A DNA stretch of 64,000 nucleotides from Verrucomicrobiaceae bacterium (GTDB lineage: Bacteria > Verrucomicrobiota > Verrucomicrobiia > Verrucomicrobiales > Akkermansiaceae). The stretch is taken from positions 21,176 to 85,175 of the forward strand of contig JBPOGH010000019.1 in NCBI GenBank assembly GCA_051252135.1. The letters run 5' to 3'. The translations under genes and the position numbers were made by a program. Shown piece after piece: positions 48,976-58,338 of the stretch. Within the stretch, counting starts at the first letter, position 1; every line of letters starts with the position of its first letter. Below the pieces are notes generated by a model. The model had not been told where the DNA came from. It did not search any database and saw nothing but the letters and a program-made list of their open reading frames with translations.

Positions 48976-49641
48976 CTACTTTTTCAGCAGTCCAAACCCG
49001 CGACGAACCGACTTCGCCAGCTTGTCGTAGAGCTTAATCGAGCGCTTCGGATAGTTGCGCTGCGCCGTGATGATCAGCGCATGACATCCGCCGTGCGAAT
49101 AAAGCCCGCTGTGATGGGTGTCCGCACAGGCCCTCAGAAAATCACCCGGAGACATCTCCCGCCCATCGGTCACCAGATCGCCATCCAGCAAGTAAACGTG
49201 CTCGGCCCCATGGTGGGAATGAGCCGGAAATTGCGTCCCCGCATCAAGCTCCAAAATCATCGTCACAAACCCATCTTCCTCAGCCGAAGAGAGCTCTTTC
49301 ACGCGGGCTCCCTTCACGGGCAGCTCTCTCCACTCACCTTCATCGCTGCGCAAATGTGAGAAACCCTCGGGCAAAGTCACCGCCTCCTTTTTTTCCTCTT
49401 CCTCAATCAACGACAAATCAAGGGGAGGAGCGTCAATCGGAGAGCTGGCAGCAAGGATAAGAGCCGCCGCTGCTTCGACCTCACTTCGGTAAAGGGCACG
49501 GTCCTCCGCACCGGCCGTTTCCCACCAACGTTCAAAGTCGGGGGCGTGATCCCCCAGACCTTCCGATACCGTAAGGTAGGCTAAATCTGCGATCATTTCG
49601 GGAGTGAGCGCACTTGAGAAATCAATGGAGTCCATATTCAT
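48976..49641 (-). CDS. ChrR-like cupin anti-sigma factor
   Basis: Overlaps the ECF sigma stop; FPAHSHHGAEHVYLLDGDL...PGDF...H cupin motif. Confidence 0.8.
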   Translation of the reverse strand: MNMDSIDFSSALTPEMIADLAYLTVSEGLGDHAPDFERWWETAGAEDRALYRSEVEAAAALILAASSPIDAPPLDLSLIEEEEKKEAVTLPEGFSHLRSDEGEWRELPVKGARVKELSSAEEDGFVTMILELDAGTQFPAHSHHGAEHVYLLDGDLVTDGREMSPGDFLRACADTHHSGLYSHGGCHALIITAQRNYPKRSIKLYDKLAKSVRRGFGLLKK

Positions 49642-50192
49642 GCGCGCTGGATAAGTAGGGGTTTGAGAGATTGCATGCCGCGGCGGATCCGGGCCTTCAC
49701 CGTTCCAAGAGGAACAGCAAGCCGCGCTGCCACCTCGGTTTGAGTGTGTCCGGAAAAGAAGGCGAGCTCGATCGCTTCACGCTGATCCTCCGATAAACTG
49801 GTGAGCGCCTTTTTCACTTCATCACACAGCTCGGCTCTCAGAAGCTCGTGTGACGCAATTGCCGGAGACGAGACGAGAGCCTCTTTTAAATCCGGCGTCG
49901 CTTCCTCTCTGGCGGCTGCTTGTCGATTCCGCTTCCGGTAACGGTCAAAAGCCGCGTTCCTCGCAATCGTGATGATCCAACTCATGGGGCTGCCCCGGTC
50001 GGAGGAATACCGGTTCGCCCTTTTCCAGATTCTCAAAAAAACTTCCTGCAAGACATCCTCGGAATCATGCCGGTCCTTTAGAATCGAAACGATCACCCCA
50101 AGCACCGCTCCCGAGACCGCTTGGTGCAGTTCACGAAGTGCGATGGAATCTTTCTCGCCAATGCGCTTCAGAAGCGGGGCGAGGTCAGGCAT
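49638..50192 (-). CDS. ECF RNA polymerase sigma factor (SigK-like)
   Basis: DSEDVLQEVFLRIW, SWIITIARNAAFD, QREAIELAFFSGHTQTEVA, PLGTVKARIRRG. Confidence 0.93.
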   Translation of the reverse strand: MPDLAPLLKRIGEKDSIALRELHQAVSGAVLGVIVSILKDRHDSEDVLQEVFLRIWKRANRYSSDRGSPMSWIITIARNAAFDRYRKRNRQAAAREEATPDLKEALVSSPAIASHELLRAELCDEVKKALTSLSEDQREAIELAFFSGHTQTEVAARLAVPLGTVKARIRRGMQSLKPLLIQRA

Positions 50193-50350
50193 GGAACACA
50201 TTCTGGGCTAAATCGGATGGGGTGCAGATGATCCAAAGCTCAATCAAAATTCGACCATCTGCCCCTGACAACGAAATCTCGCCGGACACGGATGCTTCAA
50301 AAGCTAAAAATCGTCCCAAAATACCACAGAAAAAATTCTGCGCAAAAAAT

Positions 50351-50378
50351 GCATCCGGATTAATTTCTTTGTCGTATA
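50351..50378 (+). promoter_or_regulatory. Putative ECF-sigma promoter GCATCC-N16-CGTATA
   Basis: ATCC/CGTA bipartite motif typical of SigK/RpoT-like ECF groups; 60 bp upstream of the CHRD gene and divergent from the sigma gene. Confidence 0.55.
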
Positions 50379-50438
50379 CTGGAGAGTGGACGAGAAAAAA
50401 TAACAATGTCGTCTCTTCCACCATCAACCAAAGTACCA

Positions 50439-50993
50439 ATGAAAACCAAACTCATTCTCGCGGCCCTCGCCGCCACCGCCCTGCCCGCCTCCTCCGCCAC
50501 CATCTTTTTTGACCTCGAAGGCAAGGGCGGCTCCGGACTCCTTGGAAGCAACGAGACCACGACTGTCTCTCCCGCCGGCACCGGGGGTGAAATCCTCGGA
50601 GGCATCAGCTACGATGACGTCACCAATACCGTCACCATCAACGTCGGCTGGGGATCCACCCAGGGATTCACCGATCTCACTTCCACCATCTCCGGCTCCC
50701 ACCTTCACGGCCCCACCACTTCGGGCGGCACTGCGGCTTTCAACGAGAACGCCGGCGTTCTTCAAAGCCTGACACGCTCCGGAAGTGATGCCAGCGGGGG
50801 CACCATCACCCAAAGCTTCACCATCAGCGAAGCCAATGAAGCCGCCCTCCTCGACGGCCGCTTCTACATCAACATCCACACCAGCAACAACGGCGGTGGT
50901 GAAATCCGCGGCAACCTCGTCGCCGTTCCCGAGCCCGGCACCGCCGCTCTCGCCCTCCTCGCCGGCCTCCCTCTCCTGCGTCGCCGCCGATAG
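50439..50993 (+). CDS. CHRD-domain PEP-CTERM protein
   Basis: Signal peptide; SHLHG, GRFYINIHTSNNGGGEIRGNL; VPEP-TM-RRRR. Confidence 0.92.
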   Translation: MKTKLILAALAATALPASSATIFFDLEGKGGSGLLGSNETTTVSPAGTGGEILGGISYDDVTNTVTINVGWGSTQGFTDLTSTISGSHLHGPTTSGGTAAFNENAGVLQSLTRSGSDASGGTITQSFTISEANEAALLDGRFYINIHTSNNGGGEIRGNLVAVPEPGTAALALLAGLPLLRRRR

Positions 50994-51037
50994 AAAAGAC
51001 CACCTTCACTCTTTGCCGGCCTTCAGGTCTGCTTGAG

Positions 51038-51084
51038 ACAGGCGCTTCGAACCCCCCTTCAGGTTCGGGCGCCTGTTTTCTTTT
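51038..51084 (+). terminator. Hairpin/terminator between convergent genes
   Basis: ACAGGCGC..CGAACC / GGTTCG.GCGCCTGT stem followed by TTTCTTTT. Confidence 0.6.
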
Positions 51085-51960
51085 CTACTCCGCGTGATCC
51101 CGCCAAATCCACCGCAGGGTATCCGGAAAAATCGCTCCCCCATGCCCCCCGTTGTGGCCCCCTTCTCCCCCCACAAATTGGTAATCGTATTCACGGAACG
51201 CCAACGCCTTGTCCATCTGGAGATTCGCCAGCCACCAATTCCCGAACCGATTGTCCAAATCATTCGACCCATCCTGAAGAAACACCCGGATATCCCGCTT
51301 CTCTTCCTGACGAATCAAGGCCGGATAAACGTGACCTCCCTTGATGTTGGTAAAACTCCCAATGTGACTGATCACTTTCTGAAAAAGATCGGGCCGCTCC
51401 CACGCCACCGTAAACGCACAAATCCCACCCGAGCTCATCCCGCAAATCGCCCGCCGCCTAGGATCCCCGCTGATCTTCACCGTCTTTGCCACCTCCACCA
51501 AAATCTCCTTCTCCAAAAACTCCGCATACTTCGCACTCAGGGTGTCATACTCGTTCGCCCGATTCGTCTTATTTTTCAAGGTCTTCCACTCCTGCCTCCC
51601 CTCAATCATATCCGTAAAAAGCCCCGGGTTCACAAACACCCCCACCGTCACCGGCATCTCCCCGCTCGCGATCAAATTGTCCATCACCGTCGTCGCCCGA
51701 ATCTGCCCGCCCGGCCCCACATACGCGTGCCCATCCTGAAACACCATCACCGCCGCCTCCTTCGACCCGTCATACTGCGCCGGCACGTAAAGATACCACT
51801 GCCTCAAGGTCCCCTCATAAACCCCACTCTTCCACTCATGCCGCGTCACCTTCCCTTTCGGAACCCCATCCTTCACCTGCGAGTCCGCCCCCAGCTCATA
51901 CGTCTTCTCACCAAAAGCCATCAGCGGAAGCAACCCGAACAAAAAAAGTGATTTCAACAT
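51085..51960 (-). CDS. Putative esterase (enterochelin-esterase-like alpha/beta hydrolase)
   Basis: YVPAQYD, MVFQDG, GMSSGG nucleophile elbow, GEGGH. Confidence 0.88.
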   Translation of the reverse strand: MLKSLFLFGLLPLMAFGEKTYELGADSQVKDGVPKGKVTRHEWKSGVYEGTLRQWYLYVPAQYDGSKEAAVMVFQDGHAYVGPGGQIRATTVMDNLIASGEMPVTVGVFVNPGLFTDMIEGRQEWKTLKNKTNRANEYDTLSAKYAEFLEKEILVEVAKTVKISGDPRRRAICGMSSGGICAFTVAWERPDLFQKVISHIGSFTNIKGGHVYPALIRQEEKRDIRVFLQDGSNDLDNRFGNWWLANLQMDKALAFREYDYQFVGGEGGHNGGHGGAIFPDTLRWIWRDHAE

Positions 51961-52048
51961 CCCTCACTAAACCCCCTCCATTTCTCCTTCCTTTCTCAAA
52001 AGGGCAAAAAATGATCAAATCCACCACCTCTTCCCGTATCTCCTCTCC

Positions 52049-52879
52049 ATGAAATTCCTCCTCGTCCCCCTCCTCCTCATCGGCTCCCTCCTTGCCGAAC
52101 CCGCCCCCGACAAAATCCTCCCCTTCAAGCAGGTCGGCGACGATTCACTCTCCCTCCACATCTTCAACCCTCCCAACCACAAAGCCTCCGACAAACGCCC
52201 CGCCATCGTCTTCTTCTTCGGAGGCGGTTGGAATGGCGGCACTCCCGAACAATTCTACCCTCAGAGCGCCTACCTCGCCTCCCGCGGCATGGTCGCCATC
52301 TGCGCCGAATACCGCACCAAAAAATCCCACGGCACCACCCCCCTCGTCTGCGTCCACGATGGCAACTCCGCCATCCGCTGGGTCCGCTCCCACGCCCCTG
52401 AACTCGGCATCGACCCCAACCGCCTCGCCGCCGGAGGTGGTTCCGCCGGGGGACACGTCGCCGCCGCCACCGGCACCACCAAAGGCCTCTTCGAAAAAGG
52501 CGAGGACCTCTCCATCAGCGCCCAACCCAACGCCCTCGCCCTCTTCAATCCCGTCTTCGACAACGGCCCCGAAGGCTACGGACACGATCGCGTCAAAGCC
52601 TACTGGAAGCGCTTCTCCCCCCTCCACAACATCGACGCCAACTCCCCCCCCACCATCGTCTTCCTCGGCACCAACGACAAACTCATCCCCGCCACCACCG
52701 CCGAAAAATACCGCCGCGCCATGGAAATCGCCGGCGTCCGCTGTGACCTCCACCTCTACCAGGGCGAACCCCACGGCTTCTTCAACAAAGCCAAATATTA
52801 CGAAACCCTCCTCGCCACCGACCTCTTTCTCGCCTCGCTCGGCTACCTCGAAGGCCCCCCAACCCTGAAAAAAGACTGA
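52049..52879 (+). CDS. Secreted alpha/beta hydrolase (acetyl-esterase/lipase-like)
   Basis: FFGGGW, GGSAGGH, GTNDKL, HGFFN. Confidence 0.9.
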   Translation: MKFLLVPLLLIGSLLAEPAPDKILPFKQVGDDSLSLHIFNPPNHKASDKRPAIVFFFGGGWNGGTPEQFYPQSAYLASRGMVAICAEYRTKKSHGTTPLVCVHDGNSAIRWVRSHAPELGIDPNRLAAGGGSAGGHVAAATGTTKGLFEKGEDLSISAQPNALALFNPVFDNGPEGYGHDRVKAYWKRFSPLHNIDANSPPTIVFLGTNDKLIPATTAEKYRRAMEIAGVRCDLHLYQGEPHGFFNKAKYYETLLATDLFLASLGYLEGPPTLKKD

Positions 52880-52925
52880 TTTCGGCCTAAAAAGGAAAGA
52901 ACTCCCCACTTGGCTCCGTTTTTTA

Positions 52926-52944
52926 ATTGCGAATCAGTCTCAAT
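52926..52944. promoter_or_regulatory. Fur-box-like operator upstream of feoA
   Basis: 19-bp imperfect inverted repeat ATTGCGAATCAGTCTCAAT in an AT-rich patch just before an iron-uptake operon. Confidence 0.6.
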
Positions 52945-52966
52945 AAGCTTTCTTTCCTGTAACGAC

Positions 52967-53215
52967 ATGCCCGTCCAAGCTCTAGATCTCAAACTCGACT
53001 CCGCCCTGACCCTGAGTCAGGCCGCGGCCGGTTGTGATTTCCAGATCAGCCAAGTGGAAGGCCCCGCCTGCCGCCAGCTCCGGGAAATCGGATTCTGCGA
53101 GGAAATGCGCGTTAAAAAACTCACCAACGGCCGCAACATGCTCTGCACCGTCTGCGGCACCCGTCTCGCCCTCAGCAAAGACCTCGCCGACCAAATCCGC
53201 GTCGTCCCCGCTTAA
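52967..53215 (+). CDS. feoA: Ferrous iron transport protein A
   Basis: RQLREIGF...GTRLALSKDLADQIRV; directly upstream of feoB. Confidence 0.88.
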   Translation: MPVQALDLKLDSALTLSQAAAGCDFQISQVEGPACRQLREIGFCEEMRVKKLTNGRNMLCTVCGTRLALSKDLADQIRVVPA

Positions 53216-53224
53216 ATCGAAGCC

Positions 53225-55252
53225 ATGAGCGAATCCACTCCACAGGCCCGCATCGCCTTGGTTGGACATCCCAACGCCGGGAAAACCACCCTCTTCAACG
53301 CCCTCACCGGCCAACGCCAAAAAGTCGGCAACTACTCCGGCGTCACCGTCGAAAAATCCTCCGGTGAGTTCCGCACCCCCCACGGCCACCTCTTCGAGCT
53401 CATCGACCTCCCCGGCTGCTACTCCCTCTCCCCCAACTCGCCGGATGAAATGGTCACCCGCGATGTCCTCCTCGGTGACCAGGCCGGAGAAAACATCCCC
53501 GATCTCATCCTCTGCGTCCTCGATGCCTCCAATCTCGAACGCCACCTCTACCTCCTTCTCCAGATCATCGATCTCGGCTACCCCGTCGTCGCCGCCCTCA
53601 ATAAAATCGACCAAGCCGAAGCCCAGGGCCTCCGACTCGATCCCGTCGCCCTCAGCGAAACCTTCGGCATCCCCTTCGTCCCCATCAGCGGCACCACCCA
53701 ACGGGGAATCACCACCCTCAAGCAATCCCTCCGCCACCCCTTCCCGCCCGCCGCCGAGCGCCATTGGCGCGCATCGCACGACTTCGAACAAGCCCTCTCC
53801 AACCTCACCTCAAAGACCACCGGCGCCGGACTCCCCCGTCCCGAAGCCCACGCCCTCCAGCTCCTCAGCGACCCCTCCTTTCAGGACAGCGCGCACCTCC
53901 CCGAAGCCATCCGCTCCGAAGCCGCACAGCATTCCTTCCACGACGAGGTCTCCAAAATCCGCATGGAGTTCGTCCAACGCAGCGTCGAGGCCGGCCTCAA
54001 ACGCCCCGATGACGCCGCCCTCGAGCTCACCGATAAGATTGACGCCCACGCACTCCATCCCATCAAAGGTTGGTTCATCTTCACCGGCCTCATGCTCACC
54101 GTCTTCTGGAGCATCTTCGAGTTCGCCGGCATCCCCATGGACGCCATCGAATCCGGAGTCGGCAGCCTCGGCGACTGGGTCGGCGGCTTCCTGTCCGAAG
54201 GCGACTTCCGCGACCTCATCGTCCATGGCGTCATCGGCGGAGTCGGCTCCGTCCTCGTCTTCCTCCCCCAGATCATCCTCCTCTTCTTCTTCATCAGCCT
54301 CCTCGAAAGCTCCGGCTACATGGCCCGCGCCGCCTACCTCATGGATGGCATCATGAGCCGCGTCGGCCTCTCCGGAAAATCCTTCCTCCCCCTCCTCTCC
54401 GGATACGCCTGCGCCATCCCCGGCGTCATGGCCACCCGCAGCATCCCCAACGCCAAGGAACGCCTCGCCGCCATCCTCATCCTTCCCTGGACCTCCTGCT
54501 CCGCCCGCCTCCCCGTCTACCTCCTCCTCGTCCCCCTTCTCGTCACCGGCAGCGGCGCCCAAACGCTCACCCTCTTCGCCATCTACGCCCTCGGCACCAT
54601 CACCGCCCTCCTCACCGCAAAATTCCTCAAGCCCCGACTCGGCCCCACCGAAGCTCCCCAGTTCATGCTCGAGCTTCCCCCCTACCAAAAGCCCGATCTC
54701 TGCTTCGTCTTCCAACAAGTCTGGGAGCGCGCCCTCTCCTTCGTCAAAAAAGCCGGAACCCTCATCCTCGGCATCTCCATCCTCCTCTGGTTCCTCGAAA
54801 CCTATCCCAAATCGGATTCCGAAAATCCCGTCGTCCAACACGAAGCCACCTTCATGGGCCAGGCCGGTAAAATCATCGAACCCCTCGTCGCCCCCCTCGG
54901 CTGGGACTCCCGCACCGGCACCGCCATGCTCACCTCCTTCGCCGCCCGCGAGGTCTTCGTCTCCTCCCTCGCCATCTCCTACGCTGTCGATGAAGAGGAC
55001 GAAAACGCCGAGGACACCCTCCGCGACAAACTCGCCGCCGAAACCCGACCCGATGGCTCACCCCTCTTCGGCCCCCTCAACGTCCTCTCCCTCCTCATCT
55101 TCTACATCTACGCCCTCCAGTGCCTCCCCACCACCGCCGTCGTTCGACGCGAAACGGACTCCTGGAAATGGGCCCTCGGCCAACTCGGCGGCATGACCCT
55201 CTTCGCCTACCTCGCCGCCCTCCTCGTCTTCCAAATCGGCTCCCTCTTCTGA
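53225..55252 (+). CDS. feoB: Ferrous iron transport protein B
   Basis: GHPNAGKTT, VGNYSGVTVE, DLPG, NKID; membrane gate motifs LESSGYMARAA, CAIP, SCSARLP. Confidence 0.96.
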   Translation: MSESTPQARIALVGHPNAGKTTLFNALTGQRQKVGNYSGVTVEKSSGEFRTPHGHLFELIDLPGCYSLSPNSPDEMVTRDVLLGDQAGENIPDLILCVLDASNLERHLYLLLQIIDLGYPVVAALNKIDQAEAQGLRLDPVALSETFGIPFVPISGTTQRGITTLKQSLRHPFPPAAERHWRASHDFEQALSNLTSKTTGAGLPRPEAHALQLLSDPSFQDSAHLPEAIRSEAAQHSFHDEVSKIRMEFVQRSVEAGLKRPDDAALELTDKIDAHALHPIKGWFIFTGLMLTVFWSIFEFAGIPMDAIESGVGSLGDWVGGFLSEGDFRDLIVHGVIGGVGSVLVFLPQIILLFFFISLLESSGYMARAAYLMDGIMSRVGLSGKSFLPLLSGYACAIPGVMATRSIPNAKERLAAILILPWTSCSARLPVYLLLVPLLVTGSGAQTLTLFAIYALGTITALLTAKFLKPRLGPTEAPQFMLELPPYQKPDLCFVFQQVWERALSFVKKAGTLILGISILLWFLETYPKSDSENPVVQHEATFMGQAGKIIEPLVAPLGWDSRTGTAMLTSFAAREVFVSSLAISYAVDEEDENAEDTLRDKLAAETRPDGSPLFGPLNVLSLLIFYIYALQCLPTTAVVRRETDSWKWALGQLGGMTLFAYLAALLVFQIGSLF

Positions 55253-55255
55253 CCC

Positions 55256-55387
55256 ATGGACTGGCAAACCCCCACGGCCCTCGCCATCGTCGCCCTCACC
55301 CTCATCGCCCTCATCCGCAGCGCCATGAAAAAGAAAGGCTGCGGCGGCTCCTGCGATTGCCCCGCCAAGAGCAATAAGAAAAACTAA
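55256..55387 (+). CDS. FeoB-associated Cys-rich small membrane protein (43 aa; absent from the ORF track)
   Basis: MDWQTPTALAIVALTLIALIRSAMKKKGCGGSCDCPAKSNKKN, starting 3 bp after the feoB stop. Confidence 0.8.
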   Translation: MDWQTPTALAIVALTLIALIRSAMKKKGCGGSCDCPAKSNKKN

Positions 55388-55442
55388 TGGCACCTCACCG
55401 CGCAATCACTTGCGCCCCGCCGTTTCCGTGGTTCTTTGGCGG

Positions 55443-56009
55443 GTGAAAGCACTCCTCATCCCCGCCCTCGCCATCCTCGCCTCCTGCTCCGCCCCCGCGG
55501 ACAACGGCCCCGCAGCCTACTCCTCCGAAGCCCCCCTTCCCAAAGGCTGGCCCACCCCCGGCCCCTTTAACGAGGTCGCCCTCAAGGAATACCCCACCTA
55601 CCGCGCCGCCTTCACCCCCGCCAAAGGCACCACCATGTCCTTCTGGCGCCTCTTCGGTCACATCAAAAAGAAAGACATCCCCATGACCGCCCCCGTCGAA
55701 ATGACCATGGAAAAGGATGACCCCACCGAGATGACCGCCATGGCCTTCCTCTACCAGGACACCACCGTCGGCACCCCCGGAAAGGACGGCGAAAAAGTCG
55801 AAGTCCGCGATGTCCCCAAAACCAAAGCCCTCACCTACGCCTGGATGGGCGCTCGCAACGACGACGCCATCGAAAAGGCCAAGGCCGCCATCGAAAAAAC
55901 TCTCGCCGAGAAAAAACTCATCGTCACCGGCTACCGCGTCCTCGGCTACAACGGCCCCGGCACCCCCAAGGCCAAACGCACCCACGAACTCCAGGCCCTC
56001 CTGAAGTAG
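55443..56009 (+). CDS. SOUL heme-binding-like lipoprotein
   Basis: Lipobox LASC; FWRLFGHI, IPMTAPV, MAFLY, YNGP. GTG start inferred. Confidence 0.8.
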   Translation: MKALLIPALAILASCSAPADNGPAAYSSEAPLPKGWPTPGPFNEVALKEYPTYRAAFTPAKGTTMSFWRLFGHIKKKDIPMTAPVEMTMEKDDPTEMTAMAFLYQDTTVGTPGKDGEKVEVRDVPKTKALTYAWMGARNDDAIEKAKAAIEKTLAEKKLIVTGYRVLGYNGPGTPKAKRTHELQALLK

Positions 56010-56098
56010 TGGAGGCATGCAGGCGCGCTGGGGCGAAACCCCGCCGTCTCCCCCGCGAAACAAACCCGCACAACAGAGCGTAGGTATCCCCTGCGCTC

Positions 56099-57148
56099 AT
56101 GCTTTCCCGATTCCCCTTCACCCTCGCCTTCATCGCCCTCCTCGGATCCGCCAACGCGAGCCCCAAAAATCTCCTCAAAAAACCGGACTCCTGGTTCGCC
56201 GGAGACGACGCCAAACAAGCCGCCGCCCACATCCTCTCCTACCAAAGCGACCTCGGCGGCTGGCCTAAAAACGTCGACACCTCCGCCAAGCCCTACTCCG
56301 GCGACCGCTCAAAGCTCCAGGCCACATACGATAACGGAGCCACCACCGACGAACTCCGCTTCCTCGCCCGCATCCACAACGCCACGAAGGACGACGCCTA
56401 CCGCGCCGCCTTCCAGCGCGGCCTCAACTACATCCTCGACGGGCAATACCACAACGGAGGCTGGCCCCAGCGCGTCCCGCCCGGAAACGGCTACCACCGC
56501 CACATCACCTTCAACGATGGCGCCATGGTCCGGCTCCTCGAATTCGCCCGTGAGGTCGCCACCTCCCCAACTTACCGCTTTCTCCCCCCCGCCCAACGCC
56601 AGTCCGCAGCCACCGCCCTCCACCGCGGCATCTCCTGCATCCTCAAATGCCAAATCAGGATCAACGGTACCCTCACCGTCTGGTGCGCCCAACATGACGA
56701 GATCGACTTCCGCCCCCGCATCGCCCGCTCCTACGAGCTCGCCTCCCTCAGCGGCGCGGAATCCGTCGGCATCACCCAATTCCTCATGACCGTCGAAAAC
56801 CCCTCGCCTGAAATCATCACCTCCGTCAACGCCGCCGTCGCCTGGTTCCAAAAAGCCCAACTCAAAGGCATCCGCCTCACCTCCGTAAAAGACAACAAAG
56901 CCCCCAAAGGCACCAACCGCATCATCGTCCCCGATCCCGCCGCTCCCCCGCTCTGGGCCCGATTCTACGACCTCAAATCCCAAACCCCCATCTTCGTCGA
57001 CCGCGACGGCATCCCCAAACAAGCCCTCGCCGACATCGGATACGAACGCCGCAACGGATACGCTTGGTACGGCACTTGGCCCAAAAACCTCCTCAATGGA
57101 GAACATCAAAAATGGAAGTCTCACCTTCCCGCCAAGCCCACCAACTAG
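56099..57148 (+). CDS. pelA: Pectate lyase, polysaccharide lyase family 10 (PelA-like)
   Basis: GGWPKN, TYDNGAT, GGWPQ, HITFNDGAM, WCAQHD, ARSYE, WARFY, ERRNGYAW. Confidence 0.9.
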   Translation: MLSRFPFTLAFIALLGSANASPKNLLKKPDSWFAGDDAKQAAAHILSYQSDLGGWPKNVDTSAKPYSGDRSKLQATYDNGATTDELRFLARIHNATKDDAYRAAFQRGLNYILDGQYHNGGWPQRVPPGNGYHRHITFNDGAMVRLLEFAREVATSPTYRFLPPAQRQSAATALHRGISCILKCQIRINGTLTVWCAQHDEIDFRPRIARSYELASLSGAESVGITQFLMTVENPSPEIITSVNAAVAWFQKAQLKGIRLTSVKDNKAPKGTNRIIVPDPAAPPLWARFYDLKSQTPIFVDRDGIPKQALADIGYERRNGYAWYGTWPKNLLNGEHQKWKSHLPAKPTN

Positions 57149-57285
57149 CCACCACCCACCCGCCCCAAACAAAAATCTCGCCTCCGGAGACAAATCCCCC
57201 CCTCCACACGCTTAAAACCATGGAGCCAAAAAGCCAGTCGCCCTTTTCCGTGACCGTGCTAGCTTCCCCAAAGTTCTAACAACCG

Positions 57286-58329
57286 ATGACTTCCGACACT
57301 CCCGCCCCATCCGAGATGCCCCCAGCCGACCGCTCCGCTGAAATCGCCGAACGCTCCGCCTTTGTCACCCCGCTTCGTGAAGAAATCGGCCGCGTCCTCA
57401 TCGGCCAGGAAGCCCTTGTCGACCGCATGCTCGTCTGCCTCCTCACCAGCAACCACCTCCTCGTCGAAGGCCTCCCCGGACTCGCCAAGACCCTCGCCGT
57501 CACCACTCTCGCACAGACCCTTTCCGCCCGCTTCGGCCGCATCCAGTTCACCCCCGACCTCCTTCCCGCCGATGTCATCGGCACCCACATCTACAACCCC
57601 GGCACCCAGCAGTTCACCGCCAAGGAAGGACCCGTCTTCACCAACCTCCTCCTCGCTGACGAGATCAACCGCGCCCCCGCCAAGGTCCAGTCCGCCCTCC
57701 TCGAGGCCATGCAGGAAAAGCAGGTCACCCTCGGCGGCGAAACCCGCCCCCTCCCCAGCCCCTTCCTCGTCATGGCCACCCAAAACCCCCTCGACCAGGA
57801 AGGCACCTACCCCCTCCCCGAAGCACAAATGGACCGCTTCATGATGAAGGTCGTCGTCGGCTACCCCGGACGCGATGAGGAACGCGAGGTCCTCCGCCGC
57901 ATGTCCTCCACCATTTCCACCCCCTCCGCCAGCCCCGTTGCCGACCTCGACACCGTCAAGGCCGCCCGCACCATCATCAACGACATCCGCATCGACCCAC
58001 GCATCGAGGACTACATTCTCGATATCGTCTTCGCCACCCGTCAGGAAGGCCGCACCCAACTCTCCGCGCGTCAGGCCAATGTCGACCTCAGCGCCATGGA
58101 CCAACTCATCACCGCCGGAGCCTCCCCCCGCGCCACCCTCCAGCTCACCCGCGGCTCCCGCGCCCTCGCCTTCCTCGATGGCCGTGATTACGTCCTCCCC
58201 GAGGATGTCAAAGCCATCGCTCCCGACATCCTCCGCCACCGCATCATCCCCTCCTACGAGGCCCAGGCTGAAAACATGGATGCCGATGCCCTCATCGCGC
58301 AGATTCTCGACACCCTCGTTGCTCCGTAA
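57286..58329 (+). CDS. moxR: MoxR-family AAA+ ATPase
   Basis: EGLPGLAKT, RIQFTPDLLPAD, LADEINRAPAKVQSALLEAM, ATQNP, GASPRA. Confidence 0.95.
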   Translation: MTSDTPAPSEMPPADRSAEIAERSAFVTPLREEIGRVLIGQEALVDRMLVCLLTSNHLLVEGLPGLAKTLAVTTLAQTLSARFGRIQFTPDLLPADVIGTHIYNPGTQQFTAKEGPVFTNLLLADEINRAPAKVQSALLEAMQEKQVTLGGETRPLPSPFLVMATQNPLDQEGTYPLPEAQMDRFMMKVVVGYPGRDEEREVLRRMSSTISTPSASPVADLDTVKAARTIINDIRIDPRIEDYILDIVFATRQEGRTQLSARQANVDLSAMDQLITAGASPRATLQLTRGSRALAFLDGRDYVLPEDVKAIAPDILRHRIIPSYEAQAENMDADALIAQILDTLVAP

Positions 58330-58338
58330 TTACTCGCC

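Noticed and set aside
56010..56055. Hairpin GGAGGC...GGGG-CGAAA-CCCC...GTCTCC as a tRNA or ncRNA (including selC)
   Set aside because: Too short, with no T-loop, anticodon arm or CCA end; probably a terminator-like or degenerate repeat. I saw no tRNA-Sec-like sequence anywhere in the window.
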